This document shows positions 33,466 to 43,625 of a DNA stretch of 64,000 nucleotides, piece after piece (position 1 is the first letter of the stretch; each line of letters opens with the position of its first letter). The translations under genes and the position numbers were made by a program. Below the pieces are notes generated by a model. The model did no database searches and was not told the origin of the DNA. It worked only from the letters and a program-made list of their open reading frames with translations. Source of the stretch: an uncultured Aliarcobacter sp. (GTDB lineage Bacteria; Campylobacterota; Campylobacteria; Campylobacterales; Arcobacteraceae); assembly GCA_963664305.2 (NCBI GenBank), contig CAXXLV010000001.1, positions 416,001 to 480,000 of the forward strand, read 5' to 3'.

Positions 33466-34012
33466 TAGTTTTTATATAAATATATCCTATAGTTCCATCA
33501 ACTTTGAAACTACCAGTAATAATCCAATTATTTGACTCTTTTAATTCAAAAACTGTATTGTATGATTTTTCATTAGCTGTAAAATTTTCATCTTTTAAAA
33601 TAATATCACTATCATTTGATATTGTTTTAGAAACAACTAATTCAATATTTACATCTTTTTTTTCATTTGTATTTTTATCTAAAACTACAATTTTTAAATT
33701 ATTTTGCCCAACTTTTAATAAGTCTTTATGTAAAGAATATTTTTCAACAGCTCTTTGTGATAATTTTATATCATCAGTTGTTAAATCAAATTTTTTATCA
33801 TTTAAATAGAATTCAAAATTATATTTTGATAAAAATGCAAGATTTGATTCCATCATATTATTATAGTTTTCATCAACATCTTGATACTTTTTCATAAAAC
33901 TATGATCTTCTATTACAGGCACTTTTGTAGCACTCATAATAGTCCAAATAATCATTGAAAAAACAAAACTAAAAATTCCTATAAAAAACAGTGGCCAATA
34001 ATTTCTTTTCAT
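33455..34012 (-). CDS. FixH/CcoH-like membrane-anchored protein
   Basis: RNYWPLFFIG N-terminal TM and YQDVDENYN; downstream of ccoNOQP. Confidence 0.6.
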   Translation of the reverse strand: MKRNYWPLFFIGIFSFVFSMIIWTIMSATKVPVIEDHSFMKKYQDVDENYNNMMESNLAFLSKYNFEFYLNDKKFDLTTDDIKLSQRAVEKYSLHKDLLKVGQNNLKIVVLDKNTNEKKDVNIELVVSKTISNDSDIILKDENFTANEKSYNTVFELKESNNWIITGSFKVDGTIGYIYIKTNAI

Positions 34013-34016
34013 AAAT

Positions 34017-34646
34017 CTACTTTCTTTTTTTTAAAATTGCATAAGTATATGCTAATAATCCTAAAACTATTAAAGTATACATTACAACTCTCCAGATAGT
34101 ACTAGAAACTTTTCCTGAATTTCCTATACTACTTTCAAGTTTAATATTTTTTGATTCAGCTAGAGTATCAGCAATCGCAGCATAACCATTTAAACTTGCA
34201 GCACTTACTTTTGCAAATAATGTATTTTTATCTTTTGAAGCAAGTAATGGAACAACATATCCATCTAAAATGTCATTTTTATTAATTGTACTTTTAAAAT
34301 CATCACTTAATAGTAAATTTACATGTGTTTCTTCAACAGCAATAGTTAGTAAAACATATGGTTTTTCTACATTTGAAATTATTTGATTTTCAAAATTTTT
34401 AATAGCTTCAATTTTTTCTTTTGTTTTGATATTTTCATCTAATCCTAAAGTAGATTTTGCATATACGTAAATATTAACACCTAATTTAGATTTAGTTTCA
34501 TCACCTATTTGATTGATTTTATCTTTTGCTCTTTGATCAATTAGATTATCATCATTTAATATAAAATTTTGTGCAGATAAATTTTGACAGAAAAAAAGTA
34601 GAAGTGATAAAATCACTCCTACTCTAAAAAAAATATTTCTTTTCAT
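34017..34646 (-). CDS. Exported protein with C-terminal TM (TPM-domain-like)
   Basis: Signal peptide, NDDNLI...TKSKLGVNIYV, C-terminal TM with basic tail. Confidence 0.6.
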   Translation of the reverse strand: MKRNIFFRVGVILSLLLFFCQNLSAQNFILNDDNLIDQRAKDKINQIGDETKSKLGVNIYVYAKSTLGLDENIKTKEKIEAIKNFENQIISNVEKPYVLLTIAVEETHVNLLLSDDFKSTINKNDILDGYVVPLLASKDKNTLFAKVSAASLNGYAAIADTLAESKNIKLESSIGNSGKVSSTIWRVVMYTLIVLGLLAYTYAILKKRK

Positions 34647-34739
34647 TTAACCAACAAACACTTTTGTAGCATCAAAGAAACCATAATATACAGTCATAAC
34701 TGCAGATACTAAAAGTAAAACACCAATAATTTTTTCCAT
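34647..34739 (-). CDS. 30-aa single-TM small protein in the cbb3 operon (not in ORF track)
   Basis: MEKIIGVLLLVSAVMTVYYGFFDATKVFVG*; AGGGG RBS; stop abuts next start. Confidence 0.8.
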   Translation of the reverse strand: MEKIIGVLLLVSAVMTVYYGFFDATKVFVG

Positions 34740-34749
34740 ATTTTACCCC

Positions 34750-34992
34750 TTATTTACCATTACCAACAAGTTGGTATTGTGTATGATTATCAGAACTATT
34801 CATTTTTAATCCATTTAAATCTTGATTGATTTTATAGAAATTACTAGCTTCATTCTGTTGAACTATAATAGCATTTGTAACTAAAACAGCAAGGATAGAT
34901 AATAACAGTACAACTGCGATTAACATACCCGTAACACCATTAAGTTTAAAAATACCTCTTTCATTTTCATTCATTTGTGTATTTCCAGCCAT
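34750..34992 (-). CDS. DUF4006-like small membrane protein downstream of ccoP
   Basis: ERGIFKLNGVTGMLIAVVLLLSIL motif; cbb3-linked position. Confidence 0.75.
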   Translation of the reverse strand: MAGNTQMNENERGIFKLNGVTGMLIAVVLLLSILAVLVTNAIIVQQNEASNFYKINQDLNGLKMNSSDNHTQYQLVGNGK

Positions 34993-34993
34993 C

Positions 34994-35884
34994 TTACTCT
35001 CCTAAACTTCTTAAATATGAAGCTAAAGCTTTTTCTTGAGTTTCGTTAAGTCTTCCATTAAAGCTTGGCATTGCTCCGATTGAACCTTTTTTACCATCTT
35101 TTAATACAGCCATAACTAATGCATCATCATAAGCTCTGATATTTGGAGCAACCATCTCCATACCATTTCCATCAGCACCATGACAACCAGCACAAACTGC
35201 AAACCCTGCAGGTTGCTCACCTTTAAATCCACCAGCAACATAAGAAGCAACTTCATTAATGTCTGCATCTTCTGTTAACATCATTGGAGGCATTCCAGCT
35301 GGATATGTTGATGTTAAGTTATTTGAACCATTTTTGATAACATAAACAACTTGTTCTTTACTCATTCTCTTAGTTAAGTTTTGAGCTTTTCCTTCAATAC
35401 CTTCTCCATCAACACCGTGACAAGGAGCACATTGAACTAAGAAAACAGATTGTCCCATCGCTTTTAAAGTTTCAGAAGATGGATTTTCCCATTTTTTCTC
35501 AAATTTAGCATTGTATTCTAAAGTCTCTTCATTCCATTGACCAATTTGTGAGAAACCATTAATTGGGTAACCAACTGTGAAATACCAAAACATCCAAATA
35601 ATAGAACCAATAAATGCTAATCCCCAACCTGTTGGAATTGGATTTTTATATTCACCAATACCATCCCATTTTTCTTCAGCTAATTCACCACTAGCTGTAT
35701 CATTTTTCATTTGATTAACATATTTTAATGCAACAAATACAGTAATTGTAATAATTGCAACAGCACCTAACATTGTTAAGCTGTTAATATAATCATCACC
35801 GTTAAAAGCATCACCTGCTGAGAAGTAAGTTCCTGCTAATAAAGCGATGATAAGAATTATTCCACCTATAACCATAGATTTCAT
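34994..35884 (-). CDS. ccoP: Cytochrome c oxidase cbb3-type subunit III
   Basis: WDGIGEYKNPIP, two CxxCH (CAPCH, CAGCH). Confidence 0.95.
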   Translation of the reverse strand: MKSMVIGGIILIIALLAGTYFSAGDAFNGDDYINSLTMLGAVAIITITVFVALKYVNQMKNDTASGELAEEKWDGIGEYKNPIPTGWGLAFIGSIIWMFWYFTVGYPINGFSQIGQWNEETLEYNAKFEKKWENPSSETLKAMGQSVFLVQCAPCHGVDGEGIEGKAQNLTKRMSKEQVVYVIKNGSNNLTSTYPAGMPPMMLTEDADINEVASYVAGGFKGEQPAGFAVCAGCHGADGNGMEMVAPNIRAYDDALVMAVLKDGKKGSIGAMPSFNGRLNETQEKALASYLRSLGE

Positions 35885-35885
35885 C

Positions 35886-36110
35886 TTATTTCTCCTTATT
35901 ATCTATATCTTTATCTTTTTTTCTTTCTTCTAAAGGCATAGAAACACTTGAATCATCATGCACAAGTTTTGAATATTTTTCAAAATCTCTTTCCCCTGAT
36001 TTATCTCTTTTATAAATAGAATAAGCATAAGAGTAAAATATGATAAATACTGCTAAAATCAAAAAGAACTTAGCATAACCTTGCACTGTTAAAAGTGTTT
36101 CATAATCCAT
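35886..36110 (-). CDS. ccoQ: Cytochrome c oxidase cbb3-type subunit IV
   Basis: Single TM, FEKYSKLVHDD; between ccoO and ccoP. Confidence 0.9.
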   Translation of the reverse strand: MDYETLLTVQGYAKFFLILAVFIIFYSYAYSIYKRDKSGERDFEKYSKLVHDDSSVSMPLEERKKDKDIDNKEK

Positions 36111-36119
36111 TGATAACCC

Positions 36120-36785
36120 TTATTTTAAAGAATTTAAATATGCAATTAATGCAACTATTTCAGGAACTTGACCATTTGCAACAGCTTGTTTAACTGCTTC
36201 ATTTTTCATACTAGCTGCAATAACTTTTGCTTCTTCTAAAGCAGAAGCTTTTGCTTCTTCCCATGATCCAAGTTTAGGCATACCTTCTTGATCATAAGGT
36301 GTATTAAATACATTTTTAACAGTATATGCTTCTGCATAAGCTGTTTCTATATCAGCTATATTACTAAATTGGTGTTTGTAAGCTGGCATAATACTTCCAG
36401 GTACAACTGATGAAGGTTGCCACATGTGATTTTCATGCCAATCTGTTGTTCTATAGTTTCCAACTCTCATTAAATCTGGACCTGTTCTTTTTGATCCCCA
36501 TAAGAATGGTCTATCATAAGCATATTCTCCAGATAATGAATACATACCATATCTATCAGTCTCAGCTTTAAATGGTCTAATTAATTGAGAGTGACAAGCA
36601 TTACAAGAATCTTTAATATAAACTTGTCTTCCAGCTAATTCTAAAACGCTGTATGGTTTTGTACCAACAGCTGGTCTACTTTGTTTTGCAAAATCTGGAA
36701 TAACTTCAACTATACCTGCAAATGAAACAAATAAAAACACTAGTACCGCAAAGAAAAACGGTCTTTGTTCAAACCAATGAAACAT
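36120..36785 (-). CDS. ccoO: Cytochrome c oxidase cbb3-type subunit II
   Basis: CNACHSQ, WGSKRTGPDL, GSIMPAY motifs. Confidence 0.97.
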   Translation of the reverse strand: MFHWFEQRPFFFAVLVFLFVSFAGIVEVIPDFAKQSRPAVGTKPYSVLELAGRQVYIKDSCNACHSQLIRPFKAETDRYGMYSLSGEYAYDRPFLWGSKRTGPDLMRVGNYRTTDWHENHMWQPSSVVPGSIMPAYKHQFSNIADIETAYAEAYTVKNVFNTPYDQEGMPKLGSWEEAKASALEEAKVIAASMKNEAVKQAVANGQVPEIVALIAYLNSLK

Positions 36786-36799
36786 AATTTCTCCTTTTC

Positions 36800-38266
36800 T
36801 TACGCAGCTACTGGTGTAGCATTTACTGGTTCTTTATCAAGTACTCTACCACATTTAACTGTTTTGTAAATGTTGTATGCAAATAAGAAGAATCCAATTA
36901 GGTATAATAAACCACCAACTGCTCTAATTGTATAGTATGGATGTAATACAGTAACTGTATCAATAAATGAATATACTAATGAACCATATTCATCATAAGC
37001 TCTCCACATCATACCTTGTGTAATACCTGCAATCCACATTGAAGTAAAGTATAAAACGATACCTGTAGTTTGTAACCAGAATTGTGTATCCATTAATGAT
37101 TTAGAATATAATTCTCTTTTATACATTCTTGGAACCATATGGAATAATGCAGACATAATCATAAATACAACCCATCCTAAAACACCATCATGTACGTGTC
37201 CTGGAATCCAGTCAGTAAAGTGTGCAATAGCATTTACAGATTTAATAGCTTGAATTGGTCCTTCAATTGTTGATAACATATAGAAAGTTGAAGCTAATAC
37301 CATAAATTTGATTAGTGTATTTGTTTGTAATTGTTGCCACTCACCCTTCATTGTTAAAAGCATATTAATAGCTGATCCCCATGATGGTAAAATTAAAACA
37401 ACAGACATAACTGAACCCATAGTTTGCATCCAATCTGGAACTGTTGAATAAATAAGGTGGTGTCCACCAGCCCATAAATAAACAAATAATAATCCCCAGA
37501 ATGCTAAGATAGATAGTTTATATGAATAAACGTTTTGTCCAGATTCTTTTGGTAAGAAGTAATAAATTAATGCAATAATTGGAGTTGTGAAAACGAATGC
37601 AACAGCATTATGACCAAACCACCATTGAACTAATGCATCATTAGTTCCTGCATACATAGAAACAGAGTGAATCCATGAACCATAACCAGATACTAGTTTT
37701 GTTGGAACTTCCATATTATTAAATAAATATAACATTGCAACTGCGATGAATGTAGCAATGAAATACCATAAAGAAATATAAAGTGTTCTTTCTCTTCTAA
37801 TACCAATAATACCAAAGATTGAAATACCCCATAATACCCACCATACAACAACTAAAATGTCAATTGGCCACTCTAACTCTGCATACTCTTTTGATGTTGT
37901 AATACCCATAAATAAAGTTACAACAGCTAATAGGATTGTAATAAAATATAAAACAAAGTGTAACTTAGCAATAGCCATTAAAAAAGGTGACTCTTTTAAT
38001 GATACTTTTAAAACTCTTTGCGAAATATAATACCATCCAGCAAAAATACCACTTAGTGCGAAACCATATGCAACACCATTAGTGTGTAAAGGTCTTAATC
38101 TACTAAATGTACCATACTCCCCAGCTAAATAGTTTAACTGTGGGAATGCCAATTGAAACGCAAGTACAACACCAATTGTCATACCAATGATACCAAACAA
38201 AATTGTTGCAAATGTAAAGGCTTTTGCAACTGAGTAATCGTACTCAATTTGTGCACCGTTTTGCAT
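36800..38266 (-). CDS. ccoN: Cytochrome c oxidase cbb3-type subunit I
   Basis: RLRPLHTN, QWWFGHNAV, GGHHL, HVHDG; ATG 38266 fits AGGAGG spacing. Confidence 0.98.
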   Translation of the reverse strand: MQNGAQIEYDYSVAKAFTFATILFGIIGMTIGVVLAFQLAFPQLNYLAGEYGTFSRLRPLHTNGVAYGFALSGIFAGWYYISQRVLKVSLKESPFLMAIAKLHFVLYFITILLAVVTLFMGITTSKEYAELEWPIDILVVVWWVLWGISIFGIIGIRRERTLYISLWYFIATFIAVAMLYLFNNMEVPTKLVSGYGSWIHSVSMYAGTNDALVQWWFGHNAVAFVFTTPIIALIYYFLPKESGQNVYSYKLSILAFWGLLFVYLWAGGHHLIYSTVPDWMQTMGSVMSVVLILPSWGSAINMLLTMKGEWQQLQTNTLIKFMVLASTFYMLSTIEGPIQAIKSVNAIAHFTDWIPGHVHDGVLGWVVFMIMSALFHMVPRMYKRELYSKSLMDTQFWLQTTGIVLYFTSMWIAGITQGMMWRAYDEYGSLVYSFIDTVTVLHPYYTIRAVGGLLYLIGFFLFAYNIYKTVKCGRVLDKEPVNATPVAA

Positions 38267-38429
38267 CAATCTCCTCCTACTAATTTTATATACAAGTCAC
38301 AAAAATGTCACTCATTGCGGTAATCATAGCTAACAGAAACTTAAAATCAACAAAAAAATTAACGAAAAATTAACAAATAAAACACTATTTTTATTATAAT
38401 TTTTACTTATAAATAAGATAGAAAATATC

Positions 38430-38906
38430 TTATTTATATGATTTTAGTACTTGTTCGGTCTCCCTTTTTAGGGTTTTTACTTTTAAATCTTCTCTTTTAT
38501 CATGCAATTTTTTACCTTGAGCAGTTGCTACTTCAACTTTAACCATATTTTTATCATTAAAATAAAGTTTTAAAGCAACTAAAGTGATTCCATCTTTTGT
38601 CACTTTTGAATACATTTTATCAATTTGTTTTGAATGTAATAATAGCTTTCTTGCTCTTCTTTCATCAGGTCTATATGTTGTATGCGTAGTACTTAGATGA
38701 GAGATATGTGCATTAAGCAAAAAAACTTCACCTTTTATAATTCTTACAAAAGAGTCTTTCAAATTCACTCTTCCTTCTCTTATTGCTTTTACTTCACTTC
38801 CTTCTAACATAATTCCAGCTTCTAAAGAATCTAAAATTGTAAAATCATGAAATGCTTTTTTATTTTTAAAAACTAAATTTTTTTTTGTATCTTTTTTATT
38901 TGCCAT
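38430..38906 (-). CDS. smpB: SsrA-binding protein
   Basis: [31 protein letters not shown]. Confidence 0.97.
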   Translation of the reverse strand: MANKKDTKKNLVFKNKKAFHDFTILDSLEAGIMLEGSEVKAIREGRVNLKDSFVRIIKGEVFLLNAHISHLSTTHTTYRPDERRARKLLLHSKQIDKMYSKVTKDGITLVALKLYFNDKNMVKVEVATAQGKKLHDKREDLKVKTLKRETEQVLKSYK

Positions 38907-39672
38907 TATTTATCCTAAAAAATGAACTTCCACTTCCGCTAAAATACCAATCTTTTTTTTCATAAACACTTAGTTGTGGATAAAGACTAAGTGCACTTTC
39001 ATATAAATCATTTGCTTCTTTTATATCTAATTCTTTTAAAATATCTGTTGATTTCATATCAAGTAATTTTTTTGCTTCTTCTTTTGATATTTGTTTATAA
39101 AATTTTTCCCTAAATATTTTAAAAATTTCACCTGTATTACATTTTATTTTTGGTGTAATCGTTTCTATATCTAAAATATCTTCGTCAAATTTTTCTACTA
39201 TTTCTCCAATTCCTGTTACATTTGCACTATCATATTCATAAACAAAGAATGGAACATCAGCACCAACTTGTGCACCAATCTTTGATAATTCATCTTTTGA
39301 CAAATTTAAATTGCAATATTTATTTACCATAACCAAAAATGTTGCTGCATTTGAACTTCCACCGCCAAGTCCGGCAAACTCTGGAATATTTTTTTCAATT
39401 TTTATTTCATGATTTAAAAAAAATTCTTCAACACCATCAAAATTTTTTATTAAATTGTATGCTTTATATACAGTATTTGAGTCCATTTTACAACCAAAAT
39501 CCCCTATAATTGTAATTGCTTTCCTACTAGATTTAACAAATGATATAATGTCATACAAATTATGAACTCGTACAAATCTTGATACGAGTTCGTGATAATT
39601 TTCTCTTTTGTCTGCAATTTTTAAAAAAATATTTACTTTAGCATACGATTTTTCAATCATTTCATTTTTCAT
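38896..39672 (-). CDS. ispE: 4-diphosphocytidyl-2-C-methyl-D-erythritol kinase (start may be 39660)
   Basis: [30 protein letters not shown]. Confidence 0.95.
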   Translation of the reverse strand: MKNEMIEKSYAKVNIFLKIADKRENYHELVSRFVRVHNLYDIISFVKSSRKAITIIGDFGCKMDSNTVYKAYNLIKNFDGVEEFFLNHEIKIEKNIPEFAGLGGGSSNAATFLVMVNKYCNLNLSKDELSKIGAQVGADVPFFVYEYDSANVTGIGEIVEKFDEDILDIETITPKIKCNTGEIFKIFREKFYKQISKEEAKKLLDMKSTDILKELDIKEANDLYESALSLYPQLSVYEKKDWYFSGSGSSFFRINNGK

Positions 39673-40519
39673 ATTTTGGTACCCTATTTACTAAATATTT
39701 TATATCACCATCAATTATTTCAATTATAGAAAAATAGTTTTCTGTTATTATAAGATATTTTCCATTCTCTTTTTTTTCAACATAATCTAAACCTATTCTT
39801 TTACCTTGAACCAGCCACTCTTGTGTTCCAAAATATTTATTTATAGGTAAATCAATAAAATCTAGTGGATCTAACTCTTTTTCATTATCAAAAAAGAATT
39901 TTCCTTCATTTAATCTCTCAAGATAAGATAATGTCCCTACTCTATCTAATTTTTCTAATAAAACTTGTGCAAAAGACCTTACATATGTTCCTTCACTAAC
40001 AGTTACTTCAAAAGTTATAAAAGGATGTCTATATGAAATAAATTTTGTATTATATACATTCATTGTTGTTTTTGATAATTGTACTTCTTCACCATTTCTA
40101 GCAAGTTCATAAGCTCTTTTACCATCAATTTTTTTTGCTGAAAATTTTGGTGGTGTATATTCTATTTTTCCATTTAATAAATTTAACTCATCAATTATCT
40201 TTTTTTCATCCACTTTATCAACTAAATTAATATCAATAATTTGTTCTATATCAAAAGATTCAGATTCAACACCTAACCAAATAACAGCTTTATAAGTTTT
40301 AGGTGTTTTTGATATATATTTGAAAAGTTTTGCATATTGACCAAATGCAACTATCAAACACCCTTTTGCGAAAGGATCTAAAGTTCCACTAAAACCTGCT
40401 TTTTTATTTTTAAACTTTCTTTTTATTCTATTTAAATAAGAGTTCGAACTTATAAAAATTGGTTTATTCACAACCAATAATTTATTTATTTGTTCTTTTT
40501 CATAAAATCTAACTTGCAA
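39662..40519 (-). CDS. truB: tRNA pseudouridine(55) synthase
   Basis: GTLDPFAKG, PPKFSAKKIDGKRAYELAR, SEGTYVRS. Confidence 0.96.
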   Translation of the reverse strand: MQVRFYEKEQINKLLVVNKPIFISSNSYLNRIKRKFKNKKAGFSGTLDPFAKGCLIVAFGQYAKLFKYISKTPKTYKAVIWLGVESESFDIEQIIDINLVDKVDEKKIIDELNLLNGKIEYTPPKFSAKKIDGKRAYELARNGEEVQLSKTTMNVYNTKFISYRHPFITFEVTVSEGTYVRSFAQVLLEKLDRVGTLSYLERLNEGKFFFDNEKELDPLDFIDLPINKYFGTQEWLVQGKRIGLDYVEKKENGKYLIITENYFSIIEIIDGDIKYLVNRVPKYEK

Positions 40520-40532
40520 GAGAATTATCCTA

Positions 40533-42587
40533 TTATGCTTTTTCTACAAATGAAGATAAAATATCTCTATGAGTTCCACCAAAATTTATTGTAAGTTTAT
40601 AATCTTTACCAGCATTTGTTGCTTTTTCGACTCTACCCATACCAAAAATTTTATGTTGAACTAAATCACCTTTTTTAAAGCCTGATTGTTTTTCGATAGT
40701 TAAACTTCCTTTAATAAGTCCACATTCACTTAAAAATCTACTTTTAATTAAACTTGTTCTTTTACCTTTGTAAAATCTTGAATGAACAAAAGATAAAGTA
40801 AGATTATCCATTGCACGTGTTATTGCAACGTAACCTAATCTTCTTTCCTCTTCTAAATCACAACCATCACCAGTTATAGGGAAAAAGCCTTCTTCAAATC
40901 CAATAATAAATAGTTTTTTAAACTCTAAACCTTTTGAAGCATGGATACTCATCATAGAAACAGCTTCACCACTATAATCATCATTTTCACTTTCAAGAGC
41001 TATTTCATTTAAAAAATCTTTTAAATCCAAATGTGGATTTTGAATAAAATAATCTCTAATGTATCCATAAAACTCATCAATATTTGCTTGTCTTTCAAAA
41101 CCATCTGGTAAATTATCATATGAAGCTCTGTAATCAAAAGTCTCTTCAAAACTATCTAAAAATTTCATTTTTGATTCACCAAGGAGTTCTTTTAAATCTA
41201 AAATAGATGCTTCAAATACTTTTAAAGTTCTAGAGTTTTTTTTACCAACAATTGCACTTATTTCATCTGAATCTAAATTTTGAATTAAATCAAAAATTGA
41301 TTTTCCTGTTTCTATTGATTTCGCTTCAAGTTTATCAATAGTTGTTTTCCCAATTCCACGTTTTGGTTTATTTATAATTCTTTTTATAGAAAAGTTATCA
41401 TTTGAATTTGTTAATATTCTAAAATATGCTATCAAATCTTTGATTTCACTTCTTTCGTAAAACTTCATCCCACCAACAAGTTTATAGTGAAGCCCAGCTT
41501 TATTAAAGCCCTCTTCTAAAGAACGAGATAATGCATTTACTCTAAATAAAATAGCGATATTTTTTGGATTTTCACCGCTATTTATCAATTTTCTAATATC
41601 TTCAACTATTTTTCTAGTTTCTTCATTTTCATCTTGTGATTCATAAACTTTAATAGAATCACCTTTTACTCTTGTTCCAATTAATTTTTTACCTAATCTA
41701 TCTCTATTATGTTCTATCAATTGATTAGCATGATTTAAAATTGTATCAGTTGACCGATAGTTCTCTTCAAGTTTTACTACAATAGTGTTTTCAAAATGTT
41801 CTGAAAAATTTAAAATATTTTTTATAGTTGCTCCACGCCATCCATAAATAGATTGGTCATCATCACCAACTACACAAAGATTATTGTGATTTGAACATAA
41901 TAATCTCAAAAGTCTATATTGTAATTCATTTGTATCTTGATACTCATCTACCATTATATATTGATACTTTTGACTTATCTCTTTTGCTAAATTTTCATTG
42001 TTTTTTAAAATTTTATATGGAAGTAATAATAAATCATCAAAATCAACTAAATTGTTTTTTTCTAAATACTCTTCATATTGTTCATAAATCTCTGCAATTT
42101 GTTGATAAAGCTTTAATTGAGCTGCACTTTTTGCTTCACTAGGAGTCATCAAAGAGTTTTTATATTTTGATATTTCTGAAACAAGTAATGATGTAGTAAT
42201 ATCTTTATCTAATGATTTTAATATTCTTTTTTTATCATCAGTATCTATTATAATAAAATTGTTTTTTCTTCCTAATTCACTGATATAAAATTTAAGAAAT
42301 AAAAGACCAAATTTATGAAAAGTACATAATAAAGGTGGAGTATTTATCATTGAAGAATCTAACATATTAAAGGCTCTTTCACGCATTTCACTTGCAGCTT
42401 TATTTGTAAATGTAAGTGTTAATATTGAACGTGGATCTATACCTATTGATATCAAATAAGCAAGTCTTGTGGTAATAGTTTTTGTTTTACCAGAGCCTGC
42501 ACCTGCTAAAATAAGCAGAGGTCCATCAATATGTTGCGCCGCAATTTTCTGTGATTCATTTAATGATGTTAATAAATTTTCAGACAT
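40533..42587 (-). CDS. uvrD: UvrD/PcrA family ATP-dependent DNA helicase
   Basis: AGAGSGKT, VDEYQDTN, VGDDDQSIY, HASKGLEF, EERRL; C-terminal Tudor-like domain. Confidence 0.93.
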   Translation of the reverse strand: MSENLLTSLNESQKIAAQHIDGPLLILAGAGSGKTKTITTRLAYLISIGIDPRSILTLTFTNKAASEMRERAFNMLDSSMINTPPLLCTFHKFGLLFLKFYISELGRKNNFIIIDTDDKKRILKSLDKDITTSLLVSEISKYKNSLMTPSEAKSAAQLKLYQQIAEIYEQYEEYLEKNNLVDFDDLLLLPYKILKNNENLAKEISQKYQYIMVDEYQDTNELQYRLLRLLCSNHNNLCVVGDDDQSIYGWRGATIKNILNFSEHFENTIVVKLEENYRSTDTILNHANQLIEHNRDRLGKKLIGTRVKGDSIKVYESQDENEETRKIVEDIRKLINSGENPKNIAILFRVNALSRSLEEGFNKAGLHYKLVGGMKFYERSEIKDLIAYFRILTNSNDNFSIKRIINKPKRGIGKTTIDKLEAKSIETGKSIFDLIQNLDSDEISAIVGKKNSRTLKVFEASILDLKELLGESKMKFLDSFEETFDYRASYDNLPDGFERQANIDEFYGYIRDYFIQNPHLDLKDFLNEIALESENDDYSGEAVSMMSIHASKGLEFKKLFIIGFEEGFFPITGDGCDLEEERRLGYVAITRAMDNLTLSFVHSRFYKGKRTSLIKSRFLSECGLIKGSLTIEKQSGFKKGDLVQHKIFGMGRVEKATNAGKDYKLTINFGGTHRDILSSFVEKA

Positions 42588-42703
42588 TTTTTCTCCAATT
42601 ATTATTTATTATATCATATATTATATAAATTCATTATTTCTCTTAATTATTCTATATATAAATAAATGTTATCATTTTCATAATTTATTTTATGGAGATT
42701 ATA

Positions 42704-43600
42704 ATGCTCACAGATTTTGCCAAATTGGAAACTTTTCTAACTGTTGTTAGAGAAAAATCTTTTTCAAAAGCATCTGCAAAACTTGGTATTTCTCAACCTG
42801 CAGTTACACAACAAATGAAATTTATTGAAGATTATTTAGATGTTCAAATTGTTGATAGAAAGAAAAATGGTATTAAATTGACTAAAGAAGGTCAAATATT
42901 ACATGGTATTGCTTTAAAAATTGAAAAATGTATTACTAATGCTGAAAAAGAACTATTAAAAATTATGAATAAAAATGTAACTTTTGTATTTGGTGCTTCA
43001 TTTATTATTGGTAACTATATTCTTCCAAGATTTTTAAATAATTTAAAAGAAAATATTCACAATGATGTATCGATAAATGTTTCAGTTTCTCATGAAGCTA
43101 TAGAAGATTTATTAGATAAAAAAATTGATATTGCTTTAGTTGAAAACTATGTTCCAAATGAAGATATTATTTATAGAGAATGGATGGAAGATGAGATTGT
43201 AATTTTCTCAAATCAAAAATTACCAGCAAAAGCTAAAGCAGAAGATTTATTATCATATAAATGGGTTTGTAGAAATCCAGAATCAAATACAAGATTACTA
43301 TTTAAAGAAAATCTTGAAAAAGCAAATTATCCTGATTGTGACACATTTAATGTTACAAGTGAAGTAACAAGTGCAACAACTATTGTTCAAACTGTTTTAC
43401 ATTCAGATAAAAACAGTACGCCAACAGTTTCAATTGTTTCTAGAAATGCGATTGAATCATTATTAAAAGCTGGTGCTTTATATGAATCAAGAATTGGTAA
43501 TCAAAAGATGATAAGAAAACTTTATATTGCTTACAGAAAAGATAGAAAACATGATGCATTTATTGAAAATGTTGTTGATTATCTTTTAAAAATCAAATAA
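42704..43600 (+). CDS. LysR family transcriptional regulator
   Basis: SFSKASAKLGISQPAVTQQMK HTH; ATG 42704 follows GGAG. Confidence 0.93.
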   Translation: MLTDFAKLETFLTVVREKSFSKASAKLGISQPAVTQQMKFIEDYLDVQIVDRKKNGIKLTKEGQILHGIALKIEKCITNAEKELLKIMNKNVTFVFGASFIIGNYILPRFLNNLKENIHNDVSINVSVSHEAIEDLLDKKIDIALVENYVPNEDIIYREWMEDEIVIFSNQKLPAKAKAEDLLSYKWVCRNPESNTRLLFKENLEKANYPDCDTFNVTSEVTSATTIVQTVLHSDKNSTPTVSIVSRNAIESLLKAGALYESRIGNQKMIRKLYIAYRKDRKHDAFIENVVDYLLKIK

Positions 43601-43625
43601 ATACTAGATTTTCTAGTATTTATTT
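43595..43625. terminator. Bidirectional hairpin between convergent lysR and radical SAM gene
   Basis: AAATAAATACTAGA-TTT-TCTAGTATTTATTT perfect 14-bp inverted repeat. Confidence 0.7.

Noticed and set aside
42588..42703. LysR T-N11-A boxes and TATATAAAT repeats in the uvrD-lysR gap
   Set aside because: Region is so AT-rich that such matches carry no information
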